In this document: positions 18,601-27,147 of the stretch, one piece after another | Position numbering within the stretch: position 1 is the stretch's first letter | Layout: the number at the start of each line of letters is the position of its first letter | Origin: Cyanobacteria bacterium P01_F01_bin.150 | GTDB lineage: Bacteria > Cyanobacteriota > Cyanobacteriia > CAKZMO01 | Direction of reading: 5' to 3' | Assembly: GCA_039189765.1 (NCBI GenBank) | Contig: JBCCYL010000001.1 | Coordinates: forward strand, 132,577-196,576 | Length of the DNA stretch: 64,000 bases | Program-made: the position numbers and the translations under genes | Notes under the pieces: generated by a model | Told to the model about the DNA's origin: nothing | What the model saw: the letters and a program-made list of their open reading frames with translations, nothing else | Database searches by the model: none

Positions 18601-19112
18601 TGGCTGAATTTGATGGAGGCGACGCTCCTGCTGACATCGACTTTGACGAGGTCTTGGAAGTGGGTGATGTGGTCACAGACCAATTTGAGGGTCTAACCAT
18701 TTCAACGCCTAACAACGAATTTGGTGCGATGATCTTCGACAGTGCTAACCCCACAGGCGGAGACAAGGACCTCTTAGCACCTGAATTGGGCAACGTTCTG
18801 ATCATCTCTGAGGATGGTGACAGTGCTGATCCGGACGACAACATGAGAGGTGGTACGCTGAGCTTCGATTGGGATGACCTAGTCAATGTTGACAAGGTTG
18901 GTTTCCTCGATATCGAAGAGCAGGGCGGCTCTATCAAGCTGTACGGCGTTGACGATGTCCTCATTCAGGAAATTGCTATTCCTGGTATGGGCGATAACAG
19001 CATCCAAGACGTATCCATCGGCGTATCTGGTGTATCTCGTATGGATGTCATGCTTGCCGGTAGTGGAGCATTAACTGACATCAGCTTCCTCAGCTCAACA
19101 GATGCTGCATAG
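12645..19112 (+). CDS. P2: giant acidic protein (2155 aa) with three (EGAEGG)n tracts, a triplicated Ig-like unit, two histidine phosphatase domains and the shared C-terminal domain
   Basis: GGAG lies at 12629-12632. The PGAM-family motifs GGYVIYFRHAMT, TSDYxRAxxTA and VIVGHD each occur twice. The unit beginning DVTVSFSTTSG occurs three times. Confidence 0.9.
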   Translation: MTIINLSASPTTLIEDQGTRVTFQISLSEAPPTNGLQVNFGTGKDRGLADFLVLPADGAVYDGAFPVASFPDLSGVTLLITSQNPTISFNIFDDADLPADDPNATVNDDVGEEQTTFSILPGDGYTVGDNGSVTLTLLDTEGAEGGEGAEGGEGAEGGEGAEGGEGAEGGEGAEGGEGAEGGEGAEGGEGAEGGEGAEGGEGAEGGEGAEGGEGGEGAEGGEGAEGGEGAEGGDVTVSFSTTSGTLSEVDGPALVLNFSVDGEIPEGGITVNLEGDTAEILQQFLAPDGDGAVQTRVTEEGTTLYRFDTSFVPGAGIEGGTLDVFSLEDGDPAEDNSNPAAAGTGFLSNFSFTITESTASITLPVSDDIVQEADQTFSYTLVAGDGYTVDPTQNSGTFTVTDGVTPATSPTVGVVVSETNLVEEEQTRTTLTFTTAGDIPAEGLLVQLQGPTRAVAEFDVNGTNNTQPRLPEDELEVTGPVVTGGNIAGTDEVAGSVFFRIAEPTASIDIAVFDDDVIEGTENLTFTLVDGEAYEVDSAASSIAVTITDSDGFEGYQPGDAARLVTPPAPAPTNPGEQANADFVDQLEGEELLDELQDGGYVIYFRHAMTERDFADQVTADVNDFSTQRVLSEFGIQQSLAIGEGFELAEIPVGSVTTSDYGRAVKTAAIAFGEYQKDSALNFLPFEDYTDAQIEEMRANVLPFLTTEPEAGENSVIVGHDDLFEAGTGIYPDPQGIAYILDPDGMGGFEIVANLLPEEWVELAEGGEGAEGGEGAEGGEGAEGGEGAEGGEGAEGGEGAEGGEGAEGGEGAEGGEGAEGGEGAEGGEGAEGGEGAEGGEGAEGGEGAEGGEGAEGGEGAEGGEGAEGGEGAEGGEGAEGGEGAEGGEGAEGGEGAEGGEGAEGGEGAEGGEGAEGITVDISSSPNVLVEEDGTNLTVSFELSEAAPAGGLRVFVDSDIPGIVSRLNLPFFAFNPQVENVDPSSFVTSFDNSGFALTIDEGSTGASFTIPVFDNAEPADIAPEVFDGLVEATFTLQTEVSTEDQTDVGTLGDYSVGDGVTAVVFADTASQLEGAEGGEGAEGGEGAEGGEGAEGGEGGEGAEGGEGAEGGEGAEGGEGAEGGEGAEGGEGAEGGDVTVSFSTTSGTLSEVDGPALVLNFSVDGEIPEDGVTVNIEGDTVEILQQFLAPDGDGAVQTRVTDQGTTLYRFDTSFGPDAGLEGGTLDVFSLEDGDPAEDNSDPAAAGTGFLSNFSFTITESTASITLPVSDDIVQEADQTFSYTLVEGDGYTVDPTQNSGTFTVTDGVTPATSPTVGVTVSEANLVENEQTRTTLTFTTEGDIPAEGLLVQLQGSARAVAEFDVNGTNNTQPRLPEDELEVTGPIVTGGNIAGTDEVAGSVFFRITEPTATIDIAVFDDIVAEGTENLTFNLVDGEAYEVDSAASSIDVTIVDDNGDLDDVTVSFSTTSGILSEVDGPALVLNFSVDGEIPDGGVTVNLEGDTAEILQQFLAPDGDGAVQTRVTDEGTTLYRFDTSFGPDAGLVGGTLDVFSLEDGDPAEDNSDPAAAGTGFLSNFSFTITEATASITLPVSDDIVQEADQTFSYTLVAGDGYIVDPTQNSGTFTVTDGVTPATSPTVGVAISETNLVEDEQTRTTITFTTEGDIPAEGLLVQLQGSARAIAEFDVNGTNNTQPRLPEGELEVTGPVVTGGNIAGTDEVAGSVFFRITESTASIDVAVFDDDVEEGTENLTFTLVDGEAYEVDSAASSIAVTIEDGDSFEGYQPGDAARLVTPPAPAPTNEGEQANADFVDVLEGEELLDELQDGGYVIYFRHAMTERDFADQVTANVDDFSTQRVVSEFGVQQSLAIGEGFEAAEIPVGSVTTSDYARAIETAAIAFGEYQKDSALNFLPFEDYTDAQIEEMRANVLPFLTAEPEAGTNSVIVGHDDLFEAGTGIYPDPQGIAYVLDPDGDGGFEIVANLLPEEWIELAEFDGGDAPADIDFDEVLEVGDVVTDQFEGLTISTPNNEFGAMIFDSANPTGGDKDLLAPELGNVLIISEDGDSADPDDNMRGGTLSFDWDDLVNVDKVGFLDIEEQGGSIKLYGVDDVLIQEIAIPGMGDNSIQDVSIGVSGVSRMDVMLAGSGALTDISFLSSTDAA
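13065..13343 (+). repeat. 18-bp coding tandem repeat (EGAEGG), about 15.5 units
   Basis: Unit GAAGGTGCTGAAGGCGG(T/C), with one 9-bp half unit. Confidence 0.97.
14937..15392 (+). repeat. 18-bp coding tandem repeat (EGAEGG), about 25 units
   Basis: Unit GAAGGTGCTGAAGG(T/C)GG(C/T) across 456 bp. Confidence 0.97.
15858..16046 (+). repeat. 18-bp coding tandem repeat (EGAEGG), about 10.5 units
   Basis: Same unit as the other two tracts, with one half unit. Confidence 0.97.
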
Positions 19113-19144
19113 GATAGCTAACTAGTACCGCGTCAGCTTTATTT

Positions 19145-19180
19145 TGAGGGAAAATCCCGTAGGGATTTTCCCCTCATTTA
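19145..19180 (+). terminator. Stem-loop terminator after P2
   Basis: TGAGGGAAAATCCC-GTA-GGGATTTTCCCCTCA followed by TTTATTT. Confidence 0.7.
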
Positions 19181-19202
19181 TTTCCTGACAGAGTACTAGC
19201 AT

Positions 19203-19221
19203 ATTGCAACTATTTGCCAGT
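19203..19221. promoter_or_regulatory. Putative Fur box upstream of the dioxygenase gene
   Basis: ATTGCAACTATTTGCCAGT resembles the boxes at 20418 and 31539 and lies about 180 nt before a piuC-like gene. Confidence 0.5.
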
Positions 19222-19400
19222 ACTCTGGCTAGCTGCAATGGCTACCAATCAGAGGGGCTGATCAACCTTCTAATATGGAGGTCTTGATCAGTCTCTTTAT
19301 TTTTTTATAAAGCGATCGCCTTTTTACCTATTAAGGTGACAAATTGAACGACACTATAATGTAGGACTATTATTTACAACCACTCTATATGTGAAGAAAT

Positions 19401-20063
19401 ATGATTGTTGAAATTCCTAATGTTTTTTCTCAAAATGAAGTAAAAGATATTGTTGATAAACTTTCTGCCTCAGAATTTATTGATGGAAAGAAAACGGCGG
19501 GTTGGAATGCTCGGGCTGTTAAGAATAATGAGCAGCTCAAAGCCAGTGATCCTGCTGCTGCTGCTCTCAAGGAGATGGTGAAAACGAAGCTCAACAAAAA
19601 CTTTCGTTTTCAGTCAACGGTTCGCCCAAAGAATATCCATACTCTGCTGTTTAGTCGGTACGAAGTCGGCATGTCCTATGGGCGACATAATGACAATGCA
19701 ATGATGTCGGGGAAATGGCGAACTGATGTTTCCTTCACCATCTGGCTAACTGCCCCTGAAACCTACAAGGGAGGAGACTTAGTTATTGAAGGCCCAAGTC
19801 GTGAATCATCCTATCGTTTAGCCGCAGGGTCAGCCATTACCTATCCATCCTCAACTCTCCACCGTGTTGATCCAATTACTGAGGGAAGTCGATGGGCGAT
19901 CGTAGGCTGGGTCCAGAGTTGGATAAGAGACCCGGCCCATCGCGAAATTCTATATGATTTGGATACAGCTCGTCGCTCCATTTTTGATACCCATGGCAAA
20001 AATAAAGAATTTGATTTGGTGTCTAAGAGCTTAACTAATCTACTGCGTAGCTGGATGGAGTAA
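19401..20063 (+). CDS. piuC: Fe(II)/2-oxoglutarate-dependent PKHD-type hydroxylase (PiuC/YbiX family)
   Basis: 220 aa with DGKKTAG...VKNNEQL, YGRHNDNA (HxD), RTDVSFT, Y.GG.L, YPSSTLHRV (distal His), SRWAIVGWVQSWIRD and a C-terminal NLLRSW. Confidence 0.92.
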   Translation: MIVEIPNVFSQNEVKDIVDKLSASEFIDGKKTAGWNARAVKNNEQLKASDPAAAALKEMVKTKLNKNFRFQSTVRPKNIHTLLFSRYEVGMSYGRHNDNAMMSGKWRTDVSFTIWLTAPETYKGGDLVIEGPSRESSYRLAAGSAITYPSSTLHRVDPITEGSRWAIVGWVQSWIRDPAHREILYDLDTARRSIFDTHGKNKEFDLVSKSLTNLLRSWME

Positions 20064-20094
20064 AACTAAACCAAAACGCAACTTAATCCCTGAT

Positions 20095-20126
20095 CCCTGA
20101 GCTTTTTATCAGCTTTGGGGTTTTTT
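20095..20126 (+). terminator. Intrinsic terminator after piuC
   Basis: CCCTGAGCT-loop-AGCTTTGGGG followed by a T6 run. Confidence 0.6.
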
Positions 20127-20212
20127 AATATGGCCGTAAGCACTGATGCAAAATTTGCACAAGTGATACTGCCATCTTCTTAAGGCATCGAAATCACTGA
20201 ATGAGTAATATT

Positions 20213-20293
20213 TAGGCAGGTGGTGTGGGCGCGTTGGCTTGCTTACCTCCGCTTTGCCCATAGTGACCTAACCACCGCCTAAAGTTGATCCCC
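20213..20293 (+). repeat. Intergenic hairpin repeat, copy A (expanded loop)
   Basis: Arms TAGGCAGGTGGTGTGGGC...GCCCA...ACCACCGCCTA plus tail AAGTTGATCCCC. Confidence 0.55.
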
Positions 20294-20417
20294 GTTACAT
20301 TAAAAGAGTGGAAACAATAGATAAGCTTCCAAGTAGATTAAGTAATATCACCAATGATCACTATAGGAAAAAAAGAGTGTTCAATCTTTATGGGCAATGT
20401 TAATATACTAACGAGCT

Positions 20418-20436
20418 ATTGCAATATAGTCTCAAT
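20418..20436. promoter_or_regulatory. Putative Fur box upstream of P3
   Basis: ATTGCAATATAGTCTCAAT is a near-palindromic 19-mer of the ATTG(C/A)(A/G)A..T(C/T)TCAAT type, about 480 nt before the start. Confidence 0.65.
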
Positions 20437-20914
20437 AATTTTGTCTTTAAACAGGTTTAACTATTCTGGTCATAAGCTTTCTTCTGTTGTAAGCTAAACT
20501 GAATTGCTTTTTGATTGTGCAACGCCAGAATTCAGTAATGAGAGACGAGTTCAGACGATAAAAAGAGGGTTTGAGGGTTCTCAAGTATGACGGGACAAAG
20601 ATGTAAATAGTTAGTGGCCTTTATAGTCATTTGCTGTTTTAATTTTGTCTTAATTTTATATTGCTATTGCCAGTAGCCTATCCAACGGTTTTCTAACTTA
20701 ATTGATCCTTTTGGCTTTCGAGTCATGCGGAGGGATCCTGTTGTGGCTGGTGCTGCATTTGTGGCGGTGTGATAGCAAGTATGTCGTTAGTCGTGGAACA
20801 GCATTCAACGTTGAGGAAGAGTATTCTTTCTCAATTTGTTTAATGCAATGTTCTATTTGTGATGCTCTACCCTATCTTGTGGCCAGCTAGACAATATCGG
20901 AGATAGTCCAAACT

Positions 20915-23900
20915 ATGGTACAAGTCAATTTAGCGACTTCAACGAACTTTAGCGGTGATGCTAATGCCGTTATTGAGGATCAAGGCAATGAGCTAACGTT
21001 TGAATTTAGCCTAGATGAGGCAGCCCCTGCAGGAGGCTTAAAGGTTTATGTTGATAGCAATGTTCCGGAGATCTTAAATCGATTTAATCTACTAGCGTTA
21101 GCCTTTGACCCTTCTAGGTTTTCCAATCTAACAACCAACCAGGAGTCGTTCACCGATTTCTCCAACAGTGGTTTCTCGGTGACCATTAACGCTGGTGCAA
21201 CGGAAGCCTCAGTCACTATTCCGATTTTTGACACTGATGAGTCAATCCCCGATCCGTTCTTCCCAGAGACCTATGATGGATTGACAACGACAACGTTTAC
21301 CCTCAAGACGCGAGATCAAATTGACTCTGCCGATGAGACAAGCCCCAGGGGGAGCACAGGAAATGATTTGGACTCCGTAGAAGGTGATGGTGTCCAGATT
21401 AGCGACTACACCATTGGTACCGCTTCAAGTACCGTTCTGATTGCAGATACGGTCAGTCAGTTACCTGGGCCTGTACCAACCGATGGCTATGACGAAGCTG
21501 TTAGTGGAGACATTTCAAACGATCCCAGCAGCCCTCTTAGCTTGCCTTTAGCTGAAGGGACGACAAGTCTGTCGGCAACCACAGGTAACGCAGACCAGGA
21601 GTATGTAACCGTCACGGTTCCAGATGGCTTTGAACTTGAATCGTTAGTGCTTGAGTCTTACTCCCCATCCGATGTTTCCTTTATTGGCGTGCAAGAAGGC
21701 ACAACCTTTACCGAGCCACTGGACAACAGCGCAACGCTTAGCGAATTTTTAGGCTACACCCTATTTGGCATTAGTGCTATTGGCACTGACATTCTAGACA
21801 ATATTGGCAACGGCTCCAATGGTGCAAACTTTGGTGGGCAGGGATTTGAAGGGCCACTACCTTCCGGTGACTATACGTTTGCCATACAGCAGCTTGGTGG
21901 TCCTAGCGATTACGAATTAAGCTTCAATATTGCTGCTGTTGATGACGGCGATGGCGGCGGCGATGGCGGCGATGGCGGCGGCGATGGCGGCGATGGCGGC
22001 GGTGGTGACGGCGGCGGTAACGATGGGCCTCCCGTAGTTAGCTTTGAAGTGGTGCCAAACACCTTCTCAGAAGAGTCCGCAAACAATTTAGTCGAATGGA
22101 AGTGGACCGTTACCGGTGAGTTCCCCGAAGATGGCCTCATCGTCAACCTCGATACCTCTGGAGGAGATGAACCCTTTGCCTTTACTGGACAATTTGCCGC
22201 TCAACCCGAACCCGAATTTATCAACGCAGACATCGTTGATTTTGACTTTAGCGGCAGACTCAATATTCAGCTATCCGAGCCTGAAGCATCATTTAAGCTC
22301 TACTTTATTGACGACATCATTGAAGAAGGCACCCAAACCTTTGAATTCCGACTTGTAGATGGCGAAGGCTACACCGTAGACTCAGCCCTCAACGGCAGTG
22401 TCTTTACCATTACTGATGATAATGGGGGTCCCGGTTTCGGTCCCACCGTTGGTCTGTCCGTGTCCGAGACGGACTTGGCCGAAGGCGACCCTCTAACCGT
22501 TACCTTTACGACTGAAGGTGATATTCCTGATGACGGGGTACAGGTCCTGGTTCAAAGTGATGTATTTGGTGCTCTGGGGCAATTTGAGCTAGCCGACCTA
22601 AACAACATCACCACCACTGGCATTGCAGGCTTGCCTGAAGTCGGTGACGGGGGCGGCAGTAGTTTCTTGGTCACCATCACCGACCCCATCGCAACAATTG
22701 ATCTAAGCGTCTTTGATGACATCTTGTCGGAAGACCCTCTCGATATCGCATTCACTCTGGCCAATGGTGAAGAATATGAGGTAGACCCTGACGCTGCCGG
22801 TGTGACCCTAACCATTTCCGATGAAGTTCAGCCTGCCGGACCGACGGTTGGGCTGAGCGTTGATAAAACCACCGTAGTAGAAGGTGAGGCATTGACCCTC
22901 ACTATTGCCGTGGACGGAGAGATTCCTCCAGAGGGATTACAGGTTCTGATTAATGATGTGGACAGCGTGCAAAATCAAGTCAGAAGTCTGACTGAGTTTG
23001 ATATTGCCAGCGTGCAAACGGAAGGGATTGATGGGTTCCCCATCCCTGCAGAGGGCGACAGCGGGTTCTTTGTAACAGTCACTGAACCTACGGCTACGAT
23101 TACGCTAAATGCATTTGATGAGGGTGCGGACGAAGACGAAGCGGCTGAATCATTTACCTTTGCGGTGATTGATGGAGAAGCCTATGAGGTAGACCCAGAT
23201 GCCAGCGGTGTCACGGTCAACATTGTTGACGTAGCTGACGCTTCAGAGACGCCCGTCGTCACTCTCACCGTAACGCCGCTTGCTAGTGAAGATGACAATC
23301 AAACCATAACTCTTACTTTCAATGTTGAAGGGGAAATCCCAACAGATGGGCTACCCATTACAATTGAGGGTGACTTTCTAACCCTGTTTGATCCACAACT
23401 TCGCCTGCTTAATCAAAATATTCCTTTGGCAATTGAACCAGCGACCGGTCTTGTCCCCATCGCCAATCGAGGCAGCGAATTTGATATTGCGCTTACAGCG
23501 CCGGAAGTAACCGTTTCTGTTGTCCTCTTTGATGACATCCTTGAAGAAGAAGCTCTGGAACTAAGTTTCGCGGTATCAGAAGGAGATGGCTATATTGTTG
23601 GTGGAGATGGCCCAGCAACCGTTACCATTGTGGACGGTGATAGTGTGACTCCTGGCAGCGGTCCAACTGTTAGCCTCTCGGTCACCAACACTAGTGTGGC
23701 AGAAGGTGATGAGCTTACAGTTAACTTTGATGTGGATGGTGCCATCCCGGATAGCGGTCTTACTGTTTTTGTAGATGGTCCTCCTGCGGCAATCGGCGAA
23801 TTCGCAATCTTTGATGAGAACAACAATCCATTGGTTACGACTGATGGCGTTGCTGGTTTTCCAGTACCAGATAACGACGCAGGTGGTTTCTTTGTAACCC

Positions 23901-26800
23901 TTGTGGAAGAGCAAGCTTCGCTGACTCTCTCAGTCTTTGAAGATGGCCCTGGCGAAGGTGAGGAAAGCCTGACTTTTGACTTAATTGATGGTGAAGCATA
24001 CGAAGTATTAGAATCGGCATCATCCGTTGATCTCACCATTACGAACGACACCCCCGAAGGCACAGCAATCGTCGGCGTAACGTTAGACCCCGCAGTGGTT
24101 TCTGAAGAGGGTGATGCACCTGCATTTACGGCAACCTTTACTGTTACTAATGCTGAGATTCCTCCAGTCGAATTGGATGCCGATGGCAACTATGTCTCTG
24201 GCGGACTATCGGTGTTCGTGAATGGTGGTCTTGATATCATCAATATTTTTGATGATGCGACTGGGCTTCAAATCCTTGATGGCATTGCCCTGGGCTCTTT
24301 CTTTGATCCTGAACAGCCCGGCCTTGTGGAGTTTATTCTGCTAGAGCCTACTTCTACCGCGACCCTCAATATCCTTAATGACGTGATTGAAGAGGGCAAT
24401 GAGGACTTTACATTCTCCCTCGTCAATGACGATGCGGGTGTGCTGGGTTCCTCCTACGCCGTTAGTCCAGACGCTGCTAGCATTACCGTCACGATCGCGG
24501 ATGATAACGGTGGTCCAGGGGTTGGACCCACTGTTGGCATCACCGTAACTGACACTGAGTTGGTTGAAGGCGAAGAATTTACGCTCAACTTTACCCTTGA
24601 GGGGGATGATGTACCATCTGCGGATAACCCTTTAACCGTTTTGGTTGATAGCCCAACCTTTGCCGCTTTGGGTGAGTTTTTGTTGTTCGATGAAAATGGG
24701 ACTCCCCTCTTTAGCACTACTGGTATTGATGGTGTTCCCGTTGTGGGTGATACCGGAGCGAGCAGCTTCTTGGTTGACCTAATTGACTCGACTGCCAGCA
24801 TCACGCTTTCTGTTTTCGATGATGGCCCAGATGAAGGACTGGAGACGCTCACATTTGATGTGGTGAACGGAGAGGAGTACGAAGTATCTGAAACTAACAG
24901 TTCTGTTACCGTTAACATAAACGATGCTGAATCAACTCTGCCAGTTGTTTCCTTCGTTACGACAACTCCGGTGGTAACTGAAGATGAGCAACCAGTAGCA
25001 GAATTTGTATTCACTATCGACGGTGACATTCCTGACGATGACCAAGGGTTGGTCGTTACCGTTGGTGGTGACGGGATTGAAAAGCTGTTTGCGCCTCGCT
25101 TCCTTGATGGCAGTGTTCCCTTGGCGTTTGATCCAGCAGATGGCGTCATTCCGATTGGCTTTACGGGAACAGAAGTGATCCTCGGGTTTACCGCATCAGA
25201 GGTTACCTCCGCAGCAACCATTTTCAATGACATTGTCGAAGAAGAATCCGATGTCTTAACCTTCGAGATCTTGCCAGCAGACGGTTACACCATTGGTCAA
25301 GGAACGGCTAGCGTTACCGTTGAGGATGGCCCTAGTGCGACCCCTGGAGAGGGTCCAACCGTAAGCCTGTCTGTAAGCGATTCGGACTTGTTCGAAGGAG
25401 ATGAATTCACCGTTAACATTACCGTGGATGAGACGACTGGAGCCATCCCAGAAGGTGGTCTGGAACTCTTTATTGATGGTGGACCCACTGATTTAGGAGA
25501 GTTCAACATCTTTGGTGAAAACGGAATCGACCCTGACACTGATTTAGTTGGGTTAGCTGGATTCCCAGAACAGGGTGATGATCTTGGTGGCTTCTTCGTG
25601 ACTGTAGTAGAACCCCAAGCCTCTATTACCTTATCAGTGTTTGAAGATGGCCCCACCGAAGGTCAAGAGCTGCTTACCTTTGAACTAGCCAATGGTGAAC
25701 TCTATGAAGTGGCGGCGGATGCCGGTAGCGTGGACTTGACGATCAATGATGGCGGTGAGGATGCAGTCTTTGCGGCTAAGTCAGGCGTTACTAGCGTATT
25801 CCTTGACTTCGCTCTGTTGGAGGACGTCGCAGGCCTAACTCTCGTCAGTGCGGATAGTGATGCCGTCCCAGCGACTCGCCCCTCCTTTCTAGATCCGTTC
25901 CAAGTTGGATTTGCCATCACTGATGACACCGACTTTACCTTTGCCCCTGCGCCGTTTACGCCCCTGGGTGGCACCATTGAGCACTCTGGCACCATTACCC
26001 TGGGATTGGGTGGCGCTGAAGCAACCATCGGTGAGTTTTCCATTGGCTTTGATCCGGCGCGGGCGTCCGATACCGCCAGCGGTTTCTTTGTCGCTGATAC
26101 ATTGGATGACGCTTTGGGTCTAGAGGTGCTGTTTGATATCAGCGCCCCTGGAACAGTTATTACCTCTGGTGGCAACCTGGAAATTAGTGCCGCCGATCTG
26201 CTGCTTGCGCCAGAATTGGCTGGGGCATTGGGACTGGATGATTTGGCTGGAGCCGATGTGGGTGATGCCCAAATTGATGCAGTTGTTGCACTTACTGATG
26301 CCCCAGCGCCTAGCGCTAGCCTTGACTTCGAGGGGGATGCCCTAGAGGTTGGGGATGTGGTGACTGACCAGTTTGATGGCTTGACCATTGCGGTTGAAGG
26401 CGAGTTGGAGGCGATGATCTTTGATACGGCTAATCCAACCGGAGGCGATTACGACCTTCGCAGTGATGATCTGGGTCAAGTGTTGATTATCTCTGAAGAC
26501 GGTGACTCTGCTGATCCGGATGACAACATCAGAGGCGGGACCTTGATGTTTAATTGGGATGGCGGAGTTAGTCTTGAGAGCATTGGTCTGCTTGATATTG
26601 AAGAGTCAGGCGGTGTCGTCACGATCTACGGTGAAGATGATATGACCGTGTTGGCCACTGTTGATATTCCTGGATTGGAAAACAATAGTTACCAGAGCCT
26701 CAGCATCGGAACTGATGCTGTCGGCAAGATTGATGTATCGCTAGTGGGCAGTGGTGCCATCACGGAAATTATCCTTGGCGATACCGAAGCTGCATCATAG
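20915..26800 (+). CDS. P3: giant acidic repeat protein (1961 aa) with Calx-beta/Ig-like repeats, a YDEAVSGDI module, a GVTSVFLD module and the shared C-terminal domain
   Basis: GGAG lies at 20899-20902. The N-terminal ~340 aa are paralogous to P1, and the last ~350 aa are nearly identical to the end of P5. Confidence 0.9.
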   Translation: MVQVNLATSTNFSGDANAVIEDQGNELTFEFSLDEAAPAGGLKVYVDSNVPEILNRFNLLALAFDPSRFSNLTTNQESFTDFSNSGFSVTINAGATEASVTIPIFDTDESIPDPFFPETYDGLTTTTFTLKTRDQIDSADETSPRGSTGNDLDSVEGDGVQISDYTIGTASSTVLIADTVSQLPGPVPTDGYDEAVSGDISNDPSSPLSLPLAEGTTSLSATTGNADQEYVTVTVPDGFELESLVLESYSPSDVSFIGVQEGTTFTEPLDNSATLSEFLGYTLFGISAIGTDILDNIGNGSNGANFGGQGFEGPLPSGDYTFAIQQLGGPSDYELSFNIAAVDDGDGGGDGGDGGGDGGDGGGGDGGGNDGPPVVSFEVVPNTFSEESANNLVEWKWTVTGEFPEDGLIVNLDTSGGDEPFAFTGQFAAQPEPEFINADIVDFDFSGRLNIQLSEPEASFKLYFIDDIIEEGTQTFEFRLVDGEGYTVDSALNGSVFTITDDNGGPGFGPTVGLSVSETDLAEGDPLTVTFTTEGDIPDDGVQVLVQSDVFGALGQFELADLNNITTTGIAGLPEVGDGGGSSFLVTITDPIATIDLSVFDDILSEDPLDIAFTLANGEEYEVDPDAAGVTLTISDEVQPAGPTVGLSVDKTTVVEGEALTLTIAVDGEIPPEGLQVLINDVDSVQNQVRSLTEFDIASVQTEGIDGFPIPAEGDSGFFVTVTEPTATITLNAFDEGADEDEAAESFTFAVIDGEAYEVDPDASGVTVNIVDVADASETPVVTLTVTPLASEDDNQTITLTFNVEGEIPTDGLPITIEGDFLTLFDPQLRLLNQNIPLAIEPATGLVPIANRGSEFDIALTAPEVTVSVVLFDDILEEEALELSFAVSEGDGYIVGGDGPATVTIVDGDSVTPGSGPTVSLSVTNTSVAEGDELTVNFDVDGAIPDSGLTVFVDGPPAAIGEFAIFDENNNPLVTTDGVAGFPVPDNDAGGFFVTLVEEQASLTLSVFEDGPGEGEESLTFDLIDGEAYEVLESASSVDLTITNDTPEGTAIVGVTLDPAVVSEEGDAPAFTATFTVTNAEIPPVELDADGNYVSGGLSVFVNGGLDIINIFDDATGLQILDGIALGSFFDPEQPGLVEFILLEPTSTATLNILNDVIEEGNEDFTFSLVNDDAGVLGSSYAVSPDAASITVTIADDNGGPGVGPTVGITVTDTELVEGEEFTLNFTLEGDDVPSADNPLTVLVDSPTFAALGEFLLFDENGTPLFSTTGIDGVPVVGDTGASSFLVDLIDSTASITLSVFDDGPDEGLETLTFDVVNGEEYEVSETNSSVTVNINDAESTLPVVSFVTTTPVVTEDEQPVAEFVFTIDGDIPDDDQGLVVTVGGDGIEKLFAPRFLDGSVPLAFDPADGVIPIGFTGTEVILGFTASEVTSAATIFNDIVEEESDVLTFEILPADGYTIGQGTASVTVEDGPSATPGEGPTVSLSVSDSDLFEGDEFTVNITVDETTGAIPEGGLELFIDGGPTDLGEFNIFGENGIDPDTDLVGLAGFPEQGDDLGGFFVTVVEPQASITLSVFEDGPTEGQELLTFELANGELYEVAADAGSVDLTINDGGEDAVFAAKSGVTSVFLDFALLEDVAGLTLVSADSDAVPATRPSFLDPFQVGFAITDDTDFTFAPAPFTPLGGTIEHSGTITLGLGGAEATIGEFSIGFDPARASDTASGFFVADTLDDALGLEVLFDISAPGTVITSGGNLEISAADLLLAPELAGALGLDDLAGADVGDAQIDAVVALTDAPAPSASLDFEGDALEVGDVVTDQFDGLTIAVEGELEAMIFDTANPTGGDYDLRSDDLGQVLIISEDGDSADPDDNIRGGTLMFNWDGGVSLESIGLLDIEESGGVVTIYGEDDMTVLATVDIPGLENNSYQSLSIGTDAVGKIDVSLVGSGAITEIILGDTEAAS

Positions 26801-26934
26801 GATCCTAGACCTTGTTCAAGCTTTCTAGGAAGATTAGAATGTCAGGATGAAGAGCATTTTAGGGTCTTCTAGCCCCTTTCCTAATATTCTCTTTACCTCT
26901 TGTAAGTTTGACGACTGAGTCAGGAAGATTTCAA

Positions 26935-26970
26935 CGGGATACTGCGGTCTTTGCTACAGTATCCCGCTTT
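26935..26970 (+). terminator. Stem-loop after P3
   Basis: CGGGATACTG...CAGTATCCCG followed by CTTT. Confidence 0.55.
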
Positions 26971-26984
26971 AAAGTAAAAACCTT

Positions 26985-27147
26985 ATGAATCAACCATTTG
27001 TTAGTTTGAGTGCAAAGCCAGATTCAGCTTTAGAAGGCGATCGCACCACAGTTACCCTAACGTTTAGCCTAAATATTATTCCTCCAGAGTCGAGTCTAAC
27101 CCTCTAAGGTAGACAGCCCAGACTTGGGGGAATTTGACGTTTATTGA
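26985..27147 (+). pseudogene. Decayed remnant of one family repeat module directly upstream of P4
   Basis: ATG 26985 reads MNQPFVSLSAKPDSALEGDRTTVTLTFSLNIIPPESSLTL*. After a +1 shift it continues KVDSPDLGEFDVY*. This matches the repeat pattern VSLS..P....E....VT..F.L...PP..GL.V.VD...LGEFDV. Confidence 0.6.
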
